Source of the DNA: a virus
IMG/VR virus record: IMGVR_UViG_3300023199_000021
Location: 32,001 to 96,000 of that record
Length of the DNA: 64,000 nucleotides
Strand: one strand, 5' to 3'
Positions 16,551-26,196 of this stretch are shown here, in pieces (positions within the stretch are counted from its first letter, which is position 1; each line of letters opens with the position of its first letter). Both the position numbers and the translations under genes were made by a program. The notes below the pieces were generated by a model. It searched no databases. It saw nothing but the letters and a program-made list of their open reading frames with translations, and was not told the DNA's origin.

Positions 16551-17630
16551 TTGCTAATGATTGTTTCACCGGAAATTTATAAACTGGTCGAGCGACAAGT
16601 CGATCAATTTAAAAACTTCACATCTGGACACGTCATGAATCGCTATCCGTTAGGCGGTAGCGACTTGATTGTTCGTTTCAAGGGTCACGAAACTCAAATC
16701 TTGAAGAACATTGAACTGTTTCAAGAAAAACAAATCGTGAACGCACGCTGTAGATTGTTGGCATCGTATTTGGAAGATGCCGCTAAAATCTATCCGCAAA
16801 TCCAAGACCTTGACTTGATCATTCCTGTGTGCTTCTCAGATACATCTGACGCACCACTTCAAGATATTCCGTGTCTAGTATTCAGCAAGACGGCCTTTTC
16901 AAACAACATTCTAATTCCTTCTCCTAACAACCTCGTAGGACACTGGGAAGTAGAAACCGTAAATGCATTTGATAGTCCTATCCAAGACAAGACCGAAATG
17001 ATGTGCTTTGTAGGATCATTCACTGGCAATCTGGAAGACTTGGCAAATAACATTCGTTTGAAGCTCGCCGCACAAGCCTCGAACAGTCCAAACTACTTCT
17101 GCCGATTGATACGTCCACCGAATATGGAAGAAGAACGATTCGCAAATGTACTAGTAGAATCCAAGAAGCTGTATCCAGAATTATCAGATGATATCATTCT
17201 GAACGACGAAAAGAAGATGGGCCTTATCGACCAGTTGGAATACAAGTACCAGATTTGTGTTGACGGACATACATGTGCGTGGGCACGACTGCCTTGGCAA
17301 ATGAAAGCTAACTGTGTGCCTATTAAGATTCGCAACCACAGACACAATTGGCAAGAGTGGTTCTATCCATTGCTTCAACCTAATAAACACTTCCTAGAAG
17401 TAGACATTAGTGAAGTAGATATGGCATATGACTATCTCAACAACAATCCACAGGCTTGCAGAGATATCTCAGAGGCAGGTAAAGCTTTTGTTGATAAATA
17501 TTGCGGTCCAAAGCTTGCCTTGGATGTTTTTGTTCAAACTCTTTTACTACTTAATGAGAAACAAGATAACAAGTACCATGTAAAAGCCGAACAGGACCAG
17601 AACGGCACAGGCGATATGAGAAGGGTATAA
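16551..17630 (+). CDS. Glycosyltransferase family 90 (CAP10/KDELC-like)
   Basis: YKYQICVDGHTCAWARLPW...EWFYPLLQPNKHF...ISEAGKAFV. Confidence 0.82.
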   Translation: MLMIVSPEIYKLVERQVDQFKNFTSGHVMNRYPLGGSDLIVRFKGHETQILKNIELFQEKQIVNARCRLLASYLEDAAKIYPQIQDLDLIIPVCFSDTSDAPLQDIPCLVFSKTAFSNNILIPSPNNLVGHWEVETVNAFDSPIQDKTEMMCFVGSFTGNLEDLANNIRLKLAAQASNSPNYFCRLIRPPNMEEERFANVLVESKKLYPELSDDIILNDEKKMGLIDQLEYKYQICVDGHTCAWARLPWQMKANCVPIKIRNHRHNWQEWFYPLLQPNKHFLEVDISEVDMAYDYLNNNPQACRDISEAGKAFVDKYCGPKLALDVFVQTLLLLNEKQDNKYHVKAEQDQNGTGDMRRV

Positions 17631-17631
17631 A

Positions 17632-18786
17632 ATGAAGAAAACCGCATTAGTTACTGGAATCACCGGACAAGATGGTTCATATTTGGCCGAGCTATTGATT
17701 GAAAAGGGCTACAATGTTATTGGGCTAGTAAGACGTACTAGTACAAATAACACTAGTCGAATTCAACATATTTTGTCGAGTGACCAGCTAGAACTAGTAG
17801 AAGGCGAAATTTCTGACTCAGGATCGGTGTATTCTATAATAGAAGTTTACAAGCCAGATGAAGTTTACAATTTGGCTGCACAATCTCATGTTGGCACTTC
17901 TTTCGAGCAACCGGAATATACGTTTCAGGTTGACGCAATAGGACCGCTTAATTTTTTGCAGGCAATCAGAAGACATTCTCCTGACAGTAGATTCTATCAG
18001 GCTTCAACTAGTGAGCTTTTTGGAAAGAACTTTACTGAACGATCAGGCTTGTTCGACGGTCGTACATCAAAGAAATTCCAAGACGAGGAAACTATGTTTA
18101 TGCCTCAATCGCCCTATGCAGCGGCTAAACTAGCTGCTCATAATCTAGTGCGTATTTATCGTGATGGTTACGGCCTACACGCATCATGTGGCATCTTGTT
18201 TAATCATGAGAGTGAGAGACGTGGTGAGAATTTTGTCACACGTAAGATTACTAAGTGGATTGGAGATTTTCGTAGATGGTCAATAGATCATTTCATTAAG
18301 GATTTCGATATGCAGTCTGATGAAGATAACACGGCAATTCGTTTTATGGATAACGTAATCATCGGCTATAACAAAAGCAAGCGTTTCGGTCCTCCATTTC
18401 CAAAACTAAGACTAGGTAATCTTGACGCTTATCGTGATTGGGGTCATGCGGAAGACTATGTTCGTGCTATGTGGCTTATGCTACAGCAGGACACTCCAGA
18501 CGATTATGTAATCGCTACTGGTGAAACTCATTCAGTCCGTGACTTTTTACGAGAGGCTTTCAATGAAATTGGTATTCAGAACTTTGAACCATTTGTTGTT
18601 ATCGACCCTAAGTTTTATCGCCCCGCAGAGGTTGAATTCCTATGCGGTTGTCCTGATAAAGCGAAGGATCAGCTAGGTTGGGAACCGAAGGTTTCGTTTA
18701 AAGAACTAGTAACACGTATGGTTCGGAGAGATATTCATGGGCAAAAAAAGACCCCACAAACCCTACAGCAAGAGACAATACTATAA
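17632..18786 (+). CDS. gmd: GDP-mannose 4,6-dehydratase
   Basis: GITGQDGSYLAE, NLAAQSHV, YQASTSELFG, SPYAAAK, GILFNHES, RDWGHAEDYV, RPAEV. Confidence 0.97.
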   Translation: MKKTALVTGITGQDGSYLAELLIEKGYNVIGLVRRTSTNNTSRIQHILSSDQLELVEGEISDSGSVYSIIEVYKPDEVYNLAAQSHVGTSFEQPEYTFQVDAIGPLNFLQAIRRHSPDSRFYQASTSELFGKNFTERSGLFDGRTSKKFQDEETMFMPQSPYAAAKLAAHNLVRIYRDGYGLHASCGILFNHESERRGENFVTRKITKWIGDFRRWSIDHFIKDFDMQSDEDNTAIRFMDNVIIGYNKSKRFGPPFPKLRLGNLDAYRDWGHAEDYVRAMWLMLQQDTPDDYVIATGETHSVRDFLREAFNEIGIQNFEPFVVIDPKFYRPAEVEFLCGCPDKAKDQLGWEPKVSFKELVTRMVRRDIHGQKKTPQTLQQETIL

Positions 18787-19111
18787 ATCCAAAAAAAGAG
18801 CATTTCGCAACAGTAGAGACTTCAATAGTCCTGAGTACTCTAAGTGGCGAGAAGACATAAAGAAGCGAGACAACTACACCTGCCAATGGCCGGGGTGTCT
18901 ATCCAGAAAGCAAATACAAGTTCACCATATCAAGACTTGGGCCAAATATCCCGGTCTTAGATTTGTAAGTGTTAACGGTATCACGCTTTGCCGCAAATGT
19001 CATGATTCAATTAAAGGGAAAGAGGTCGATTACGAGTCCTTCTTCCTGAAATTGTTAGAATGGCAGATGCTTGACAAGATTAAAAAATACAACGAGAACA
19101 AGAACAAATAA
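18737..19111 (+). CDS. HNH endonuclease
   Basis: RDNYTCQWPGC...QVHHI...NGITLCRKCH. Confidence 0.88.
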   Translation: MGKKRPHKPYSKRQYYKSKKRAFRNSRDFNSPEYSKWREDIKKRDNYTCQWPGCLSRKQIQVHHIKTWAKYPGLRFVSVNGITLCRKCHDSIKGKEVDYESFFLKLLEWQMLDKIKKYNENKNK

Positions 19112-19416
19112 TGTACAAGTACAGAGCAAAAGTACTCCGGGTCGTCGATGGAGATACTGTTGACTTGGAGATTGACCTTGGTTTTAATATCAAGACTAAA
19201 AAGATCAGAAGCTGACTTTTAAATGTCGATACGCCTGAGCGGGGCCACGAAGATTGGGCCTTCGCTACTTGTTGTTTTGCTGACCTTCTTACGGACATTC
19301 AAGACGAAGAAGGTTATATTATCGTCTAAACTTCCAAGACAGATAAGTATGGTAGATGGTTAGTGTACTTTGAAGGTGTTAACGAGGAACTTGCAAAGAG
19401 ATGGCCCTATGTGTGA
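19111..19416 (+). pseudogene. Thermonuclease (SNase-like) pseudogene
   Basis: MYKYRAKVLRVVDGDTVDLEIDLGF...IRS*LLNVDTPE...IV*TSKTDKYGRWL; in-frame TGA at 19213 and TAA at 19327, no frameshift. Confidence 0.85.
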
Positions 19417-19642
19417 TTTCAGAGGACCGCCTAGTGCGGTGAAAAACTTAGATACGGGTGAGATTATTACCATTGATCAAGTAGATCAAGTAAAACAGGC
19501 CAATGGTACTGATTACGATCATCCCGATCTATACGGACCAAAGATTAAGGACGTTACTGAACCAGGATTATATCATATCTGTGCTACCGGAGCTTTCTAT
19601 GCTTACTTTGATGATCCCACTAGATACGAGTTTATTCGATGA
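19409..19642 (+). CDS. Hypothetical protein
   Basis: Probable start MCDFRGPP, coupled to its neighbours. Confidence 0.55.
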   Translation: MCDFRGPPSAVKNLDTGEIITIDQVDQVKQANGTDYDHPDLYGPKIKDVTEPGLYHICATGAFYAYFDDPTRYEFIR

Positions 19643-20118
19643 ACGACAAATTCACAGTCATTCGAGATACAAGAGAGAAACCGGCATTTGGCTGGTCTTT
19701 TGAGCCCGATGCGTATTGCGAAGGTACAATCGTACAAAAGGTTGATACCGGAGACTATACCATTGGGGGTCTGGAAGACTACGTTTGCATTGAACGTAAA
19801 CAGTCGATTGATGAGTTCGCACGCAATTGCGTAGAAAAAAGGTGGCAGGACTGCATGAGGCGTATGTCCGAGTGCCGTTTCTCTTTTATTCTTTTTGAAT
19901 TTTCTTGGGACGATGTAGATAACTATCCAGCATCAGCCAAAGTCCCCAAACGAGTTAAAAACAAGTTACGAATACCTGTTAAATATATCAGGAAAGTAAT
20001 CCACACAGCTAGGGATCAATACGGCATCCGTGTACTAGCGTGTGACAATAGGATCAAAGCGGAGCAGGTTGCATACCGAATTTTGAGAAAAGCACATGAG
20101 TTACACTTACGACGTTGA
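19639..20118 (+). CDS. ERCC4/XPF-Mus81-type nuclease
   Basis: IRDTRE...TGDYTI...CIERK motif. Confidence 0.88.
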   Translation: MNDKFTVIRDTREKPAFGWSFEPDAYCEGTIVQKVDTGDYTIGGLEDYVCIERKQSIDEFARNCVEKRWQDCMRRMSECRFSFILFEFSWDDVDNYPASAKVPKRVKNKLRIPVKYIRKVIHTARDQYGIRVLACDNRIKAEQVAYRILRKAHELHLRR

Positions 20119-23100
20119 ATCCTATGATTACGCTTGGTTACGCTTAAAGCAAGAAGACGTAAAAGATATCCAGAACCCATTGCTAGAACTGGGCGAGTGG
20201 GAACAGGAGAATTTTCATCTTCATGTTTTAAAAATCCTGCGTAACCCTAAATACATACACTGGACAATAAAGCACATACTCAACATAGACCTGTTATCCG
20301 AACAAGTGGTAATTATGCAGGAGCTATGGACGAAATCATTCCCGATGTATATCGCTTCTCGTGGTTTCGGAAAGAGTTTCTTATTGGCTGTTTATGCTAC
20401 TTTACGATGTTTACTAATCCCCGGTTCGAAGATAGTAATCGTAGGTGCAGCCTTCCGACAGTCCAAGGTGATCTTTGAATACATGGACGTAATTTGGAGA
20501 AATGCTCCAATCCTACGCAGTCTATGTAATGACGCCAGTGGTCCTAGACGTGATGTTGACCGTTGTACTCTGAAAGTGAACGATAGCTGGACTATCGCTG
20601 TTCCATTGGGTGACGGTAACAAGATTCGTGGTCTTCGTGCCCACACTATTATCGCTGACGAGTTCAACTCTATTCCAGTTGAAATTTATGAAACCGTTGT
20701 TACTGGTTTTGCTTCTGTATCTAAAGACCCAACAGGTAACGTGAAGAATGCCGCTAAGCGTAAGGCTATGAAAGAAGACGGTGTATGGAGTGATCAACAG
20801 GAGGTTAGATACCAAGAGCGTCATAAGAACCAATCCATCCTTTCTGGTACAGCCGGTTATGGCTTTGAGCCATATGCCGATTACTGGCGTAAGTACAAAC
20901 TTACTATCAATAGTAAAGGGGACATGTCTAAAGTAACTCGCGAAAATGGCGACGATATAGGAGACGACATTCCCGATTACATGAAGCGTTTGAATTGGGA
21001 GGAATTCTCAATTATCCGTATTCCTTATGAGCTGATTCCCGAAGGGTTTATGGATGACCAACAGGTATCACGTTCTCGTGCCACTATGCATAGCGGTATT
21101 TATCTTATGGAGTACGGAGCATGCAAAGACCCTAATACCCTTATCACTACAGACAAGGGCGTTAAAAAAATAATAGACGTAGAGGTTGGAGACTTGGTTT
21201 TAACTCACAAAGGTAGGTTTCGCAAAGTAACCAAGAAGCTTTTTAGAAGATTTAGAGATAATATCGTTCGATATAGAACTCTTGGATATAATAAAAGTGT
21301 TGGGGTTACGCCAAACCATCCCTATTGGACAGACGAAGATAACTTTAAACAGATTGGATCTAGTCTTACCAAGACAAGCCTTGTAAATTTAAACGAGCTT
21401 AGTGGTAGACCATCTTTTTGTGTTGAAGATGTATGTACTGATATTTTAGAAACTTTAGATGGTTTTAAATTTTACCCTAAAGGTAGCCAGTCTCGTGTTG
21501 GTTTAAAAGAACAAAGGGTTATTCGAAATAATATATGTGGATATAGTAGTCTTCAATTGTCTGAAAGGTTTGATATATCTCAGTCTTCTGTTGTTCGTAT
21601 ACAAAATAATAAAAATGTACCTAAAAACAGCATACCTACCAATATTGAACTAAACTATGATTTTGGTTTAATAGTTGGGTATTATGCCGCCGAGGGTTTT
21701 ATAGGTGTAGACGGTAGACAGGTAGAGTTTGCATTAGACGGACATAAAGATACGGAATATCAAAAACAACTTTTGGAAGCCATCTTTAACGTTTTTGGAT
21801 TTCATGGCAAATCTTATATTAAAGATAAAAATACTATTTCTATAGCTATAAATAGCAGATTAGTATCAGAGGTTATGAAGTTTGTTTGTCCGGGTCTGTC
21901 TGAAGATAAACTAATTAATCACGATATTCTTTTCTCTAACGAAAAGTTTCTAAAAGGGGTAGTCGAAGGCTATTGGAATGGAGACGGACATATTAGGGAT
22001 TCTGGAGCCTTTGTACATTGTATTAATCAATCTCTTTTAAATCAAATTAGACTATGTTTATCATATTTTAATATATCTTCTTCATTAATGGATGGATCTC
22101 AAGACAATGATTTTCATTTAAAAATTACTGGAGATAATTTTAGAAATTTTATTGCAGAGTTTTATGGAGAAATTATTAGTTCTTCTTCTAGAAAACAAAA
22201 TATAATCAACGATGGCTGTAAAACAGAATTACCAATAACAGAGTCGTACTTAGATAAATATGATGGCTTTGTTTATAACTTAGAGGTTGAAGAAGACAAT
22301 TCCTATTCTGGTCTAAATGCAACTGTTCATAATTGTTTCGCTAAAGACTCTCAAGGATTTTTCAAACGTACTCTAATTGAATCATGTGTAGCTCACGAGG
22401 CCAATATAGGTAAAGACTCGTGGCCTCTATACTGTCACCAGCCGTTCGACGTAGTTACGCGAGGGCGATCCGACAGGAAATACGTCTTTGGGATTGACCC
22501 CGCTTCTGAGGTAGACAATTTTGCTATCATCATACTTGAGTTGCATCAAAGTCACCAGAGGCTCGTTTATTCTTGGACGACTAACAAGAAAGACTTTCAG
22601 ACACGTAAGAAACTGGGCCTCACAGAGATAGACGATTACTATAGCTTCTGTGTGCGTAAGATACGTGATCTGATGCAGATGTTCCCATGCGTGCGTATCG
22701 GTATTGACTCCCAAGGCGGTGGTTATCAAATTGCCGAAGGTTTGCGTGACCCAGATAAGATGCGTGAAGAACTGAACGAACAACCAATTCTTGAAATCAT
22801 TGAAGAAGGTAAGGAAAAAGATACTAACCGTCTACCGGGACTTCATATTCTTGAGTTTATCAATTTTGCTAGTGCAGACTGGACTTCTCAAGCTAACCAC
22901 GGTCTACGTAAGGATATGGAGGACAAGTTCTTCTTGTTCCCACGTTTCGACCAGCTAACTCTGGGTATGATCTCAGCCCAAGATGAAATCAGGTTTAAAG
23001 AACTTAAGAAGCAGATTGGAGATAGTGCTGATCTCAAATTGTACGACACGTTGGAGGATGTTGTAATGGATATTGAAGATTTAAAAATGGAACTTTCCAC

Positions 23101-23398
23101 TATTATGGTTACTCGTACAGCATCGGGGCGTGAGAAATTTGATACTCCAGAGATTAAGTTAGGTATAGGCAAGAAGGGTCGTATGCGTAAAGACCGTTAC
23201 TCTGCCTTGGTTATCGCTAACATGATAGCTCGATCTATGCACAGAGAAATTCCTCCTAACCCAACATATAATGTGGTTGGTAGGGTAGCTCAAAGTATTG
23301 ATAAGGGAAAAGACAAGGGTAAAATGTATTATGGGCAAGAGTGGGCTGCTGGATATGGTTCCCATGCCGTAACCGTAGTAAGAAGAAATGTCTTTTAA
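20096..23398 (+). CDS. terL: Terminase large subunit (intein-containing)
   Basis: Walker A ASRGFGKS, IRGLRA..IIADEF Walker B, nuclease FGIDPAS...KDRYSAL. Confidence 0.93.
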   Translation: MSYTYDVESYDYAWLRLKQEDVKDIQNPLLELGEWEQENFHLHVLKILRNPKYIHWTIKHILNIDLLSEQVVIMQELWTKSFPMYIASRGFGKSFLLAVYATLRCLLIPGSKIVIVGAAFRQSKVIFEYMDVIWRNAPILRSLCNDASGPRRDVDRCTLKVNDSWTIAVPLGDGNKIRGLRAHTIIADEFNSIPVEIYETVVTGFASVSKDPTGNVKNAAKRKAMKEDGVWSDQQEVRYQERHKNQSILSGTAGYGFEPYADYWRKYKLTINSKGDMSKVTRENGDDIGDDIPDYMKRLNWEEFSIIRIPYELIPEGFMDDQQVSRSRATMHSGIYLMEYGACKDPNTLITTDKGVKKIIDVEVGDLVLTHKGRFRKVTKKLFRRFRDNIVRYRTLGYNKSVGVTPNHPYWTDEDNFKQIGSSLTKTSLVNLNELSGRPSFCVEDVCTDILETLDGFKFYPKGSQSRVGLKEQRVIRNNICGYSSLQLSERFDISQSSVVRIQNNKNVPKNSIPTNIELNYDFGLIVGYYAAEGFIGVDGRQVEFALDGHKDTEYQKQLLEAIFNVFGFHGKSYIKDKNTISIAINSRLVSEVMKFVCPGLSEDKLINHDILFSNEKFLKGVVEGYWNGDGHIRDSGAFVHCINQSLLNQIRLCLSYFNISSSLMDGSQDNDFHLKITGDNFRNFIAEFYGEIISSSSRKQNIINDGCKTELPITESYLDKYDGFVYNLEVEEDNSYSGLNATVHNCFAKDSQGFFKRTLIESCVAHEANIGKDSWPLYCHQPFDVVTRGRSDRKYVFGIDPASEVDNFAIIILELHQSHQRLVYSWTTNKKDFQTRKKLGLTEIDDYYSFCVRKIRDLMQMFPCVRIGIDSQGGGYQIAEGLRDPDKMREELNEQPILEIIEEGKEKDTNRLPGLHILEFINFASADWTSQANHGLRKDMEDKFFLFPRFDQLTLGMISAQDEIRFKELKKQIGDSADLKLYDTLEDVVMDIEDLKMELSTIMVTRTASGREKFDTPEIKLGIGKKGRMRKDRYSALVIANMIARSMHREIPPNPTYNVVGRVAQSIDKGKDKGKMYYGQEWAAGYGSHAVTVVRRNVF
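21122..22333 (+). mobile_element. Intein with LAGLIDADG homing endonuclease (404 aa)
   Basis: YGA|CKDPNTLITT...VTPNHPY...GYYAAEG...GYWNGDG...VYNLEVEEDNSY..TVHN|C; AT-richer than the exteins. Confidence 0.93.
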
Positions 23399-23405
23399 TA
23401 CCCAT

Positions 23406-23414
23406 TGGTGTATA
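23406..23414 (+). promoter_or_regulatory. Putative late promoter TGGTGTATA
   Basis: Intergenic, ahead of the head-gene operon; the motif recurs elsewhere. Confidence 0.55.
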
Positions 23415-23460
23415 AATCAATAGGTATTGATCTTACCGATTATTTTGGAGATAAAATAAA

Positions 23461-24024
23461 ATGAATTTCGTAATCAATAAAAACCTAGACCCTGATTGTG
23501 CTTGCTTATGCGTAACAGAGTCTAACCCTTCCGGTATCGGTATCTGTTACAAGCCCTTAAGGATCGAAACCTTTGGTGGTCCGATCACTAGTCCTAATCC
23601 TAACACCGACCGTGTTTGTGTCAAAGTTTATGGAGACTTTGCAGCTTGCCAAGGGGGTCAAACGGTTACTTGCGATCAGGTAAGTGGTGTTATGAGCATC
23701 GGTATCGCTGGACCTAGAGGAACCATTGAAGTAACAGGAAATCCTATTCCAATTAAGGCACCTCCGGACACGAGAGCGGCTAGTCTTTGTACCTTCTCTA
23801 AAACCATGTGTTTCAATATCACTAGTGGCGATGCCGCATTTGAAGGACCGGGAAATGGTGGTAAAAATAATTCCGGCAGAGGCGGCGGTCGAGGCCGAGT
23901 AACCATTATTGATCCGAACGATGGTATATTTACTCAAGAAGAATTCACTAACACTCAAACTATGGCTAGTGGTGAAGTTGGTGATGGTATTGCCCAAGAC
24001 AAAGTATTAGAACTACCAGAGTAG
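23461..24024 (+). CDS. Cys-rich hypothetical protein
   Basis: GGAG RBS; CACLC and several other Cys; GRGGGRG linker. Confidence 0.7.
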   Translation: MNFVINKNLDPDCACLCVTESNPSGIGICYKPLRIETFGGPITSPNPNTDRVCVKVYGDFAACQGGQTVTCDQVSGVMSIGIAGPRGTIEVTGNPIPIKAPPDTRAASLCTFSKTMCFNITSGDAAFEGPGNGGKNNSGRGGGRGRVTIIDPNDGIFTQEEFTNTQTMASGEVGDGIAQDKVLELPE

Positions 24025-24031
24025 GTCCATA

Positions 24032-26194
24032 ATGAGTAAGAACAAATATCCTAAGTCAACTAATGATGCTCGTACAGCTATGGCCCCAGAAGCTTATGTA
24101 AGCTGGGATTCCGATAATGCTGGCGAGCGTAGTAGAGCTATGATTACATATGGTCAAGCTTTGGAAGAATCTCTACACTCAGCAAGTGCAAATATTCAAA
24201 GAGATTTCCGTGGTCTGACCAACAACATCGACGGTAGACCGGGGTTGTGTGGGCATGATTTTGATTGGTTTAGACCGGGGCAATCAGCACCAGTTAAGCC
24301 AAAAGATATCATTGCTTTTGCTAGATATGCATACAGACGTATCGGCCTTATCCACAACGCTATTGACCTGATGGGTGACTTCTCAGCCCAAGGTATTAGA
24401 CTAGTTCACCCAAACAAAAGAATTGAAAGATTCTACAGTGATTGGTTTCAACATGTTCAGGGTCATAGAGTCTCAGAGCGTCTTGGGCATCTTCTCTTTA
24501 GAGAAGGGAACGTACCAATTAGGCATTATACTGCAAAGATCAACAAAAAGAAAAGGTTAGATATGCAAAAGACCGTTGGTGCTTCCGACGTTCGTTTTGA
24601 TATCGATGACCCCATTTTCGTCAAGAACGAAATCCCTTGGAGATACTCTTTTATCGACCCTCTCTTGGTCGAGCCTATTGGTGGATCACTAGGTAATCTA
24701 TCCAACAAGAAGTTATTGGCACTTAAGGTTCCTCTGGCCTTAAAGAATGATATTTGTAAGTTGCAACAAAGCCAAGACCCAGCGGCTAGAGATGTATTAG
24801 GCAAGATTTCGCCGGATATCCTTAAGGCTGTTGAGACAAATAGCGACATTGTTCTTCCGCCAGATAAGACTAACATTTTCTACTATAAAAAAGACGATTG
24901 GCAAGTATGGGCCGATCCGATGACGTACTCTGCGTTCGAGCCGCTTAATCTATATCAACGATTGCAGTTGACAGACAAGGCCGCTTTGGACGGTGCGATG
25001 AACAAGATTCGCGTATGGAAAATCGGTAGTCTTGAACATAAGCTAGCACCAACACCGACCGCTTCTTCTACTTTAGCAGATATGCTTGGAGCTAACGTAG
25101 GTGGCGGTACAATCGACATTGTATGGGGTCCAGATATCGAGCTTATCGAAACAAGTAGCGATATCCAATCTTACCTTGGTGAAGAAAAGTATAGACCAAC
25201 CCTTATGGCTATCTATGCAAGCCTTGGTATCCCTCCTACACTTACCGGTACATTTGATGCCAACGGTACAACCAACAACTTCATCGCATTGAAGACTTTG
25301 GTTGAACGTCTGAACTATGTTCGCAATATCATCGTTGAGTTTTGGAACGAGCAAATCCGTATAGTTCAAAAGGCAATGGGTTTCCGCAAGCCAGCAAGTG
25401 TCGAGTTCGACATTATGTACCTTGAAGACCCAGCCTCTATGATGACTATACTGCTTAATATGGCTGATAGAAATATCATTAGCGATGAATTCGTACAAAG
25501 AAATATCAAGGCAAATCCTGATATCGAAAACCGTCGAGTTCAAACTGAAGTCAAAACAAGAGAGAGCAAGAACATGGAGAAGATTAGTCCTTACCATGGA
25601 GTAGATAAGCAGCAAGCATTGAAGAAGATTGCTCTGCAAACCGGGGTGTCTACACCTTCCGAAGTCGGTCTTGAACTAGAGAAGAAGAAAAGTGGTGAAA
25701 AATCACTAATGCAGATGAAAGAATTCCAAATGAAAATCTCTAAGACTCAGAATAGGCCTCCTTCAAACAAGGCACCGGGATTGCCGGGAAGACCTAAGAA
25801 CTCCAATGACACAACAAAAAGAAAACCAAAACAGTTCCATCCTAAGATTAAAGCCGCTGCTGAATTATGGGCGAAGCAAACGCAAGAGAAGATATCGGAT
25901 ATTTTGAATCCCGTTATCCTAGAGAACTTTGCTAAGTCTTCACTACGTAATTTAAATGCACAAGAGTTTGACGAGCTAGAACAAATAAAATTCGAAGTTT
26001 TGTGTAATCTATCTATGGGACAAGAAGTTAATAGCCGAACAGTTGCCGAGGCAGCTAAAAAGCCACTTAAAGCTATTCATGCTGAATTTGACGAGTGGTT
26101 AGAAGATGCCAAAAAGCACATGGGCAAGTTAACTATTGAACAGGTACGCGACCTGCGTGCATCCTACTACGTATATCATAATTATGGGAAATAA
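24032..26194 (+). CDS. Portal protein
   Basis: 720 aa, between TerL and the protease; helical; AIDLMGDF and YYKKDDWQ.WA.P motifs. Confidence 0.78.
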   Translation: MSKNKYPKSTNDARTAMAPEAYVSWDSDNAGERSRAMITYGQALEESLHSASANIQRDFRGLTNNIDGRPGLCGHDFDWFRPGQSAPVKPKDIIAFARYAYRRIGLIHNAIDLMGDFSAQGIRLVHPNKRIERFYSDWFQHVQGHRVSERLGHLLFREGNVPIRHYTAKINKKKRLDMQKTVGASDVRFDIDDPIFVKNEIPWRYSFIDPLLVEPIGGSLGNLSNKKLLALKVPLALKNDICKLQQSQDPAARDVLGKISPDILKAVETNSDIVLPPDKTNIFYYKKDDWQVWADPMTYSAFEPLNLYQRLQLTDKAALDGAMNKIRVWKIGSLEHKLAPTPTASSTLADMLGANVGGGTIDIVWGPDIELIETSSDIQSYLGEEKYRPTLMAIYASLGIPPTLTGTFDANGTTNNFIALKTLVERLNYVRNIIVEFWNEQIRIVQKAMGFRKPASVEFDIMYLEDPASMMTILLNMADRNIISDEFVQRNIKANPDIENRRVQTEVKTRESKNMEKISPYHGVDKQQALKKIALQTGVSTPSEVGLELEKKKSGEKSLMQMKEFQMKISKTQNRPPSNKAPGLPGRPKNSNDTTKRKPKQFHPKIKAAAELWAKQTQEKISDILNPVILENFAKSSLRNLNAQEFDELEQIKFEVLCNLSMGQEVNSRTVAEAAKKPLKAIHAEFDEWLEDAKKHMGKLTIEQVRDLRASYYVYHNYGK

Positions 26195-26196
26195 AC

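Noticed and set aside
4391-19416. Alternative genetic code (stop-codon recoding) suggested by in-frame stops
   Set aside because: TAA, TAG and TGA all occur as internal stops alongside frameshifts, long essential genes are uninterrupted, and no suppressor tRNA is seen.
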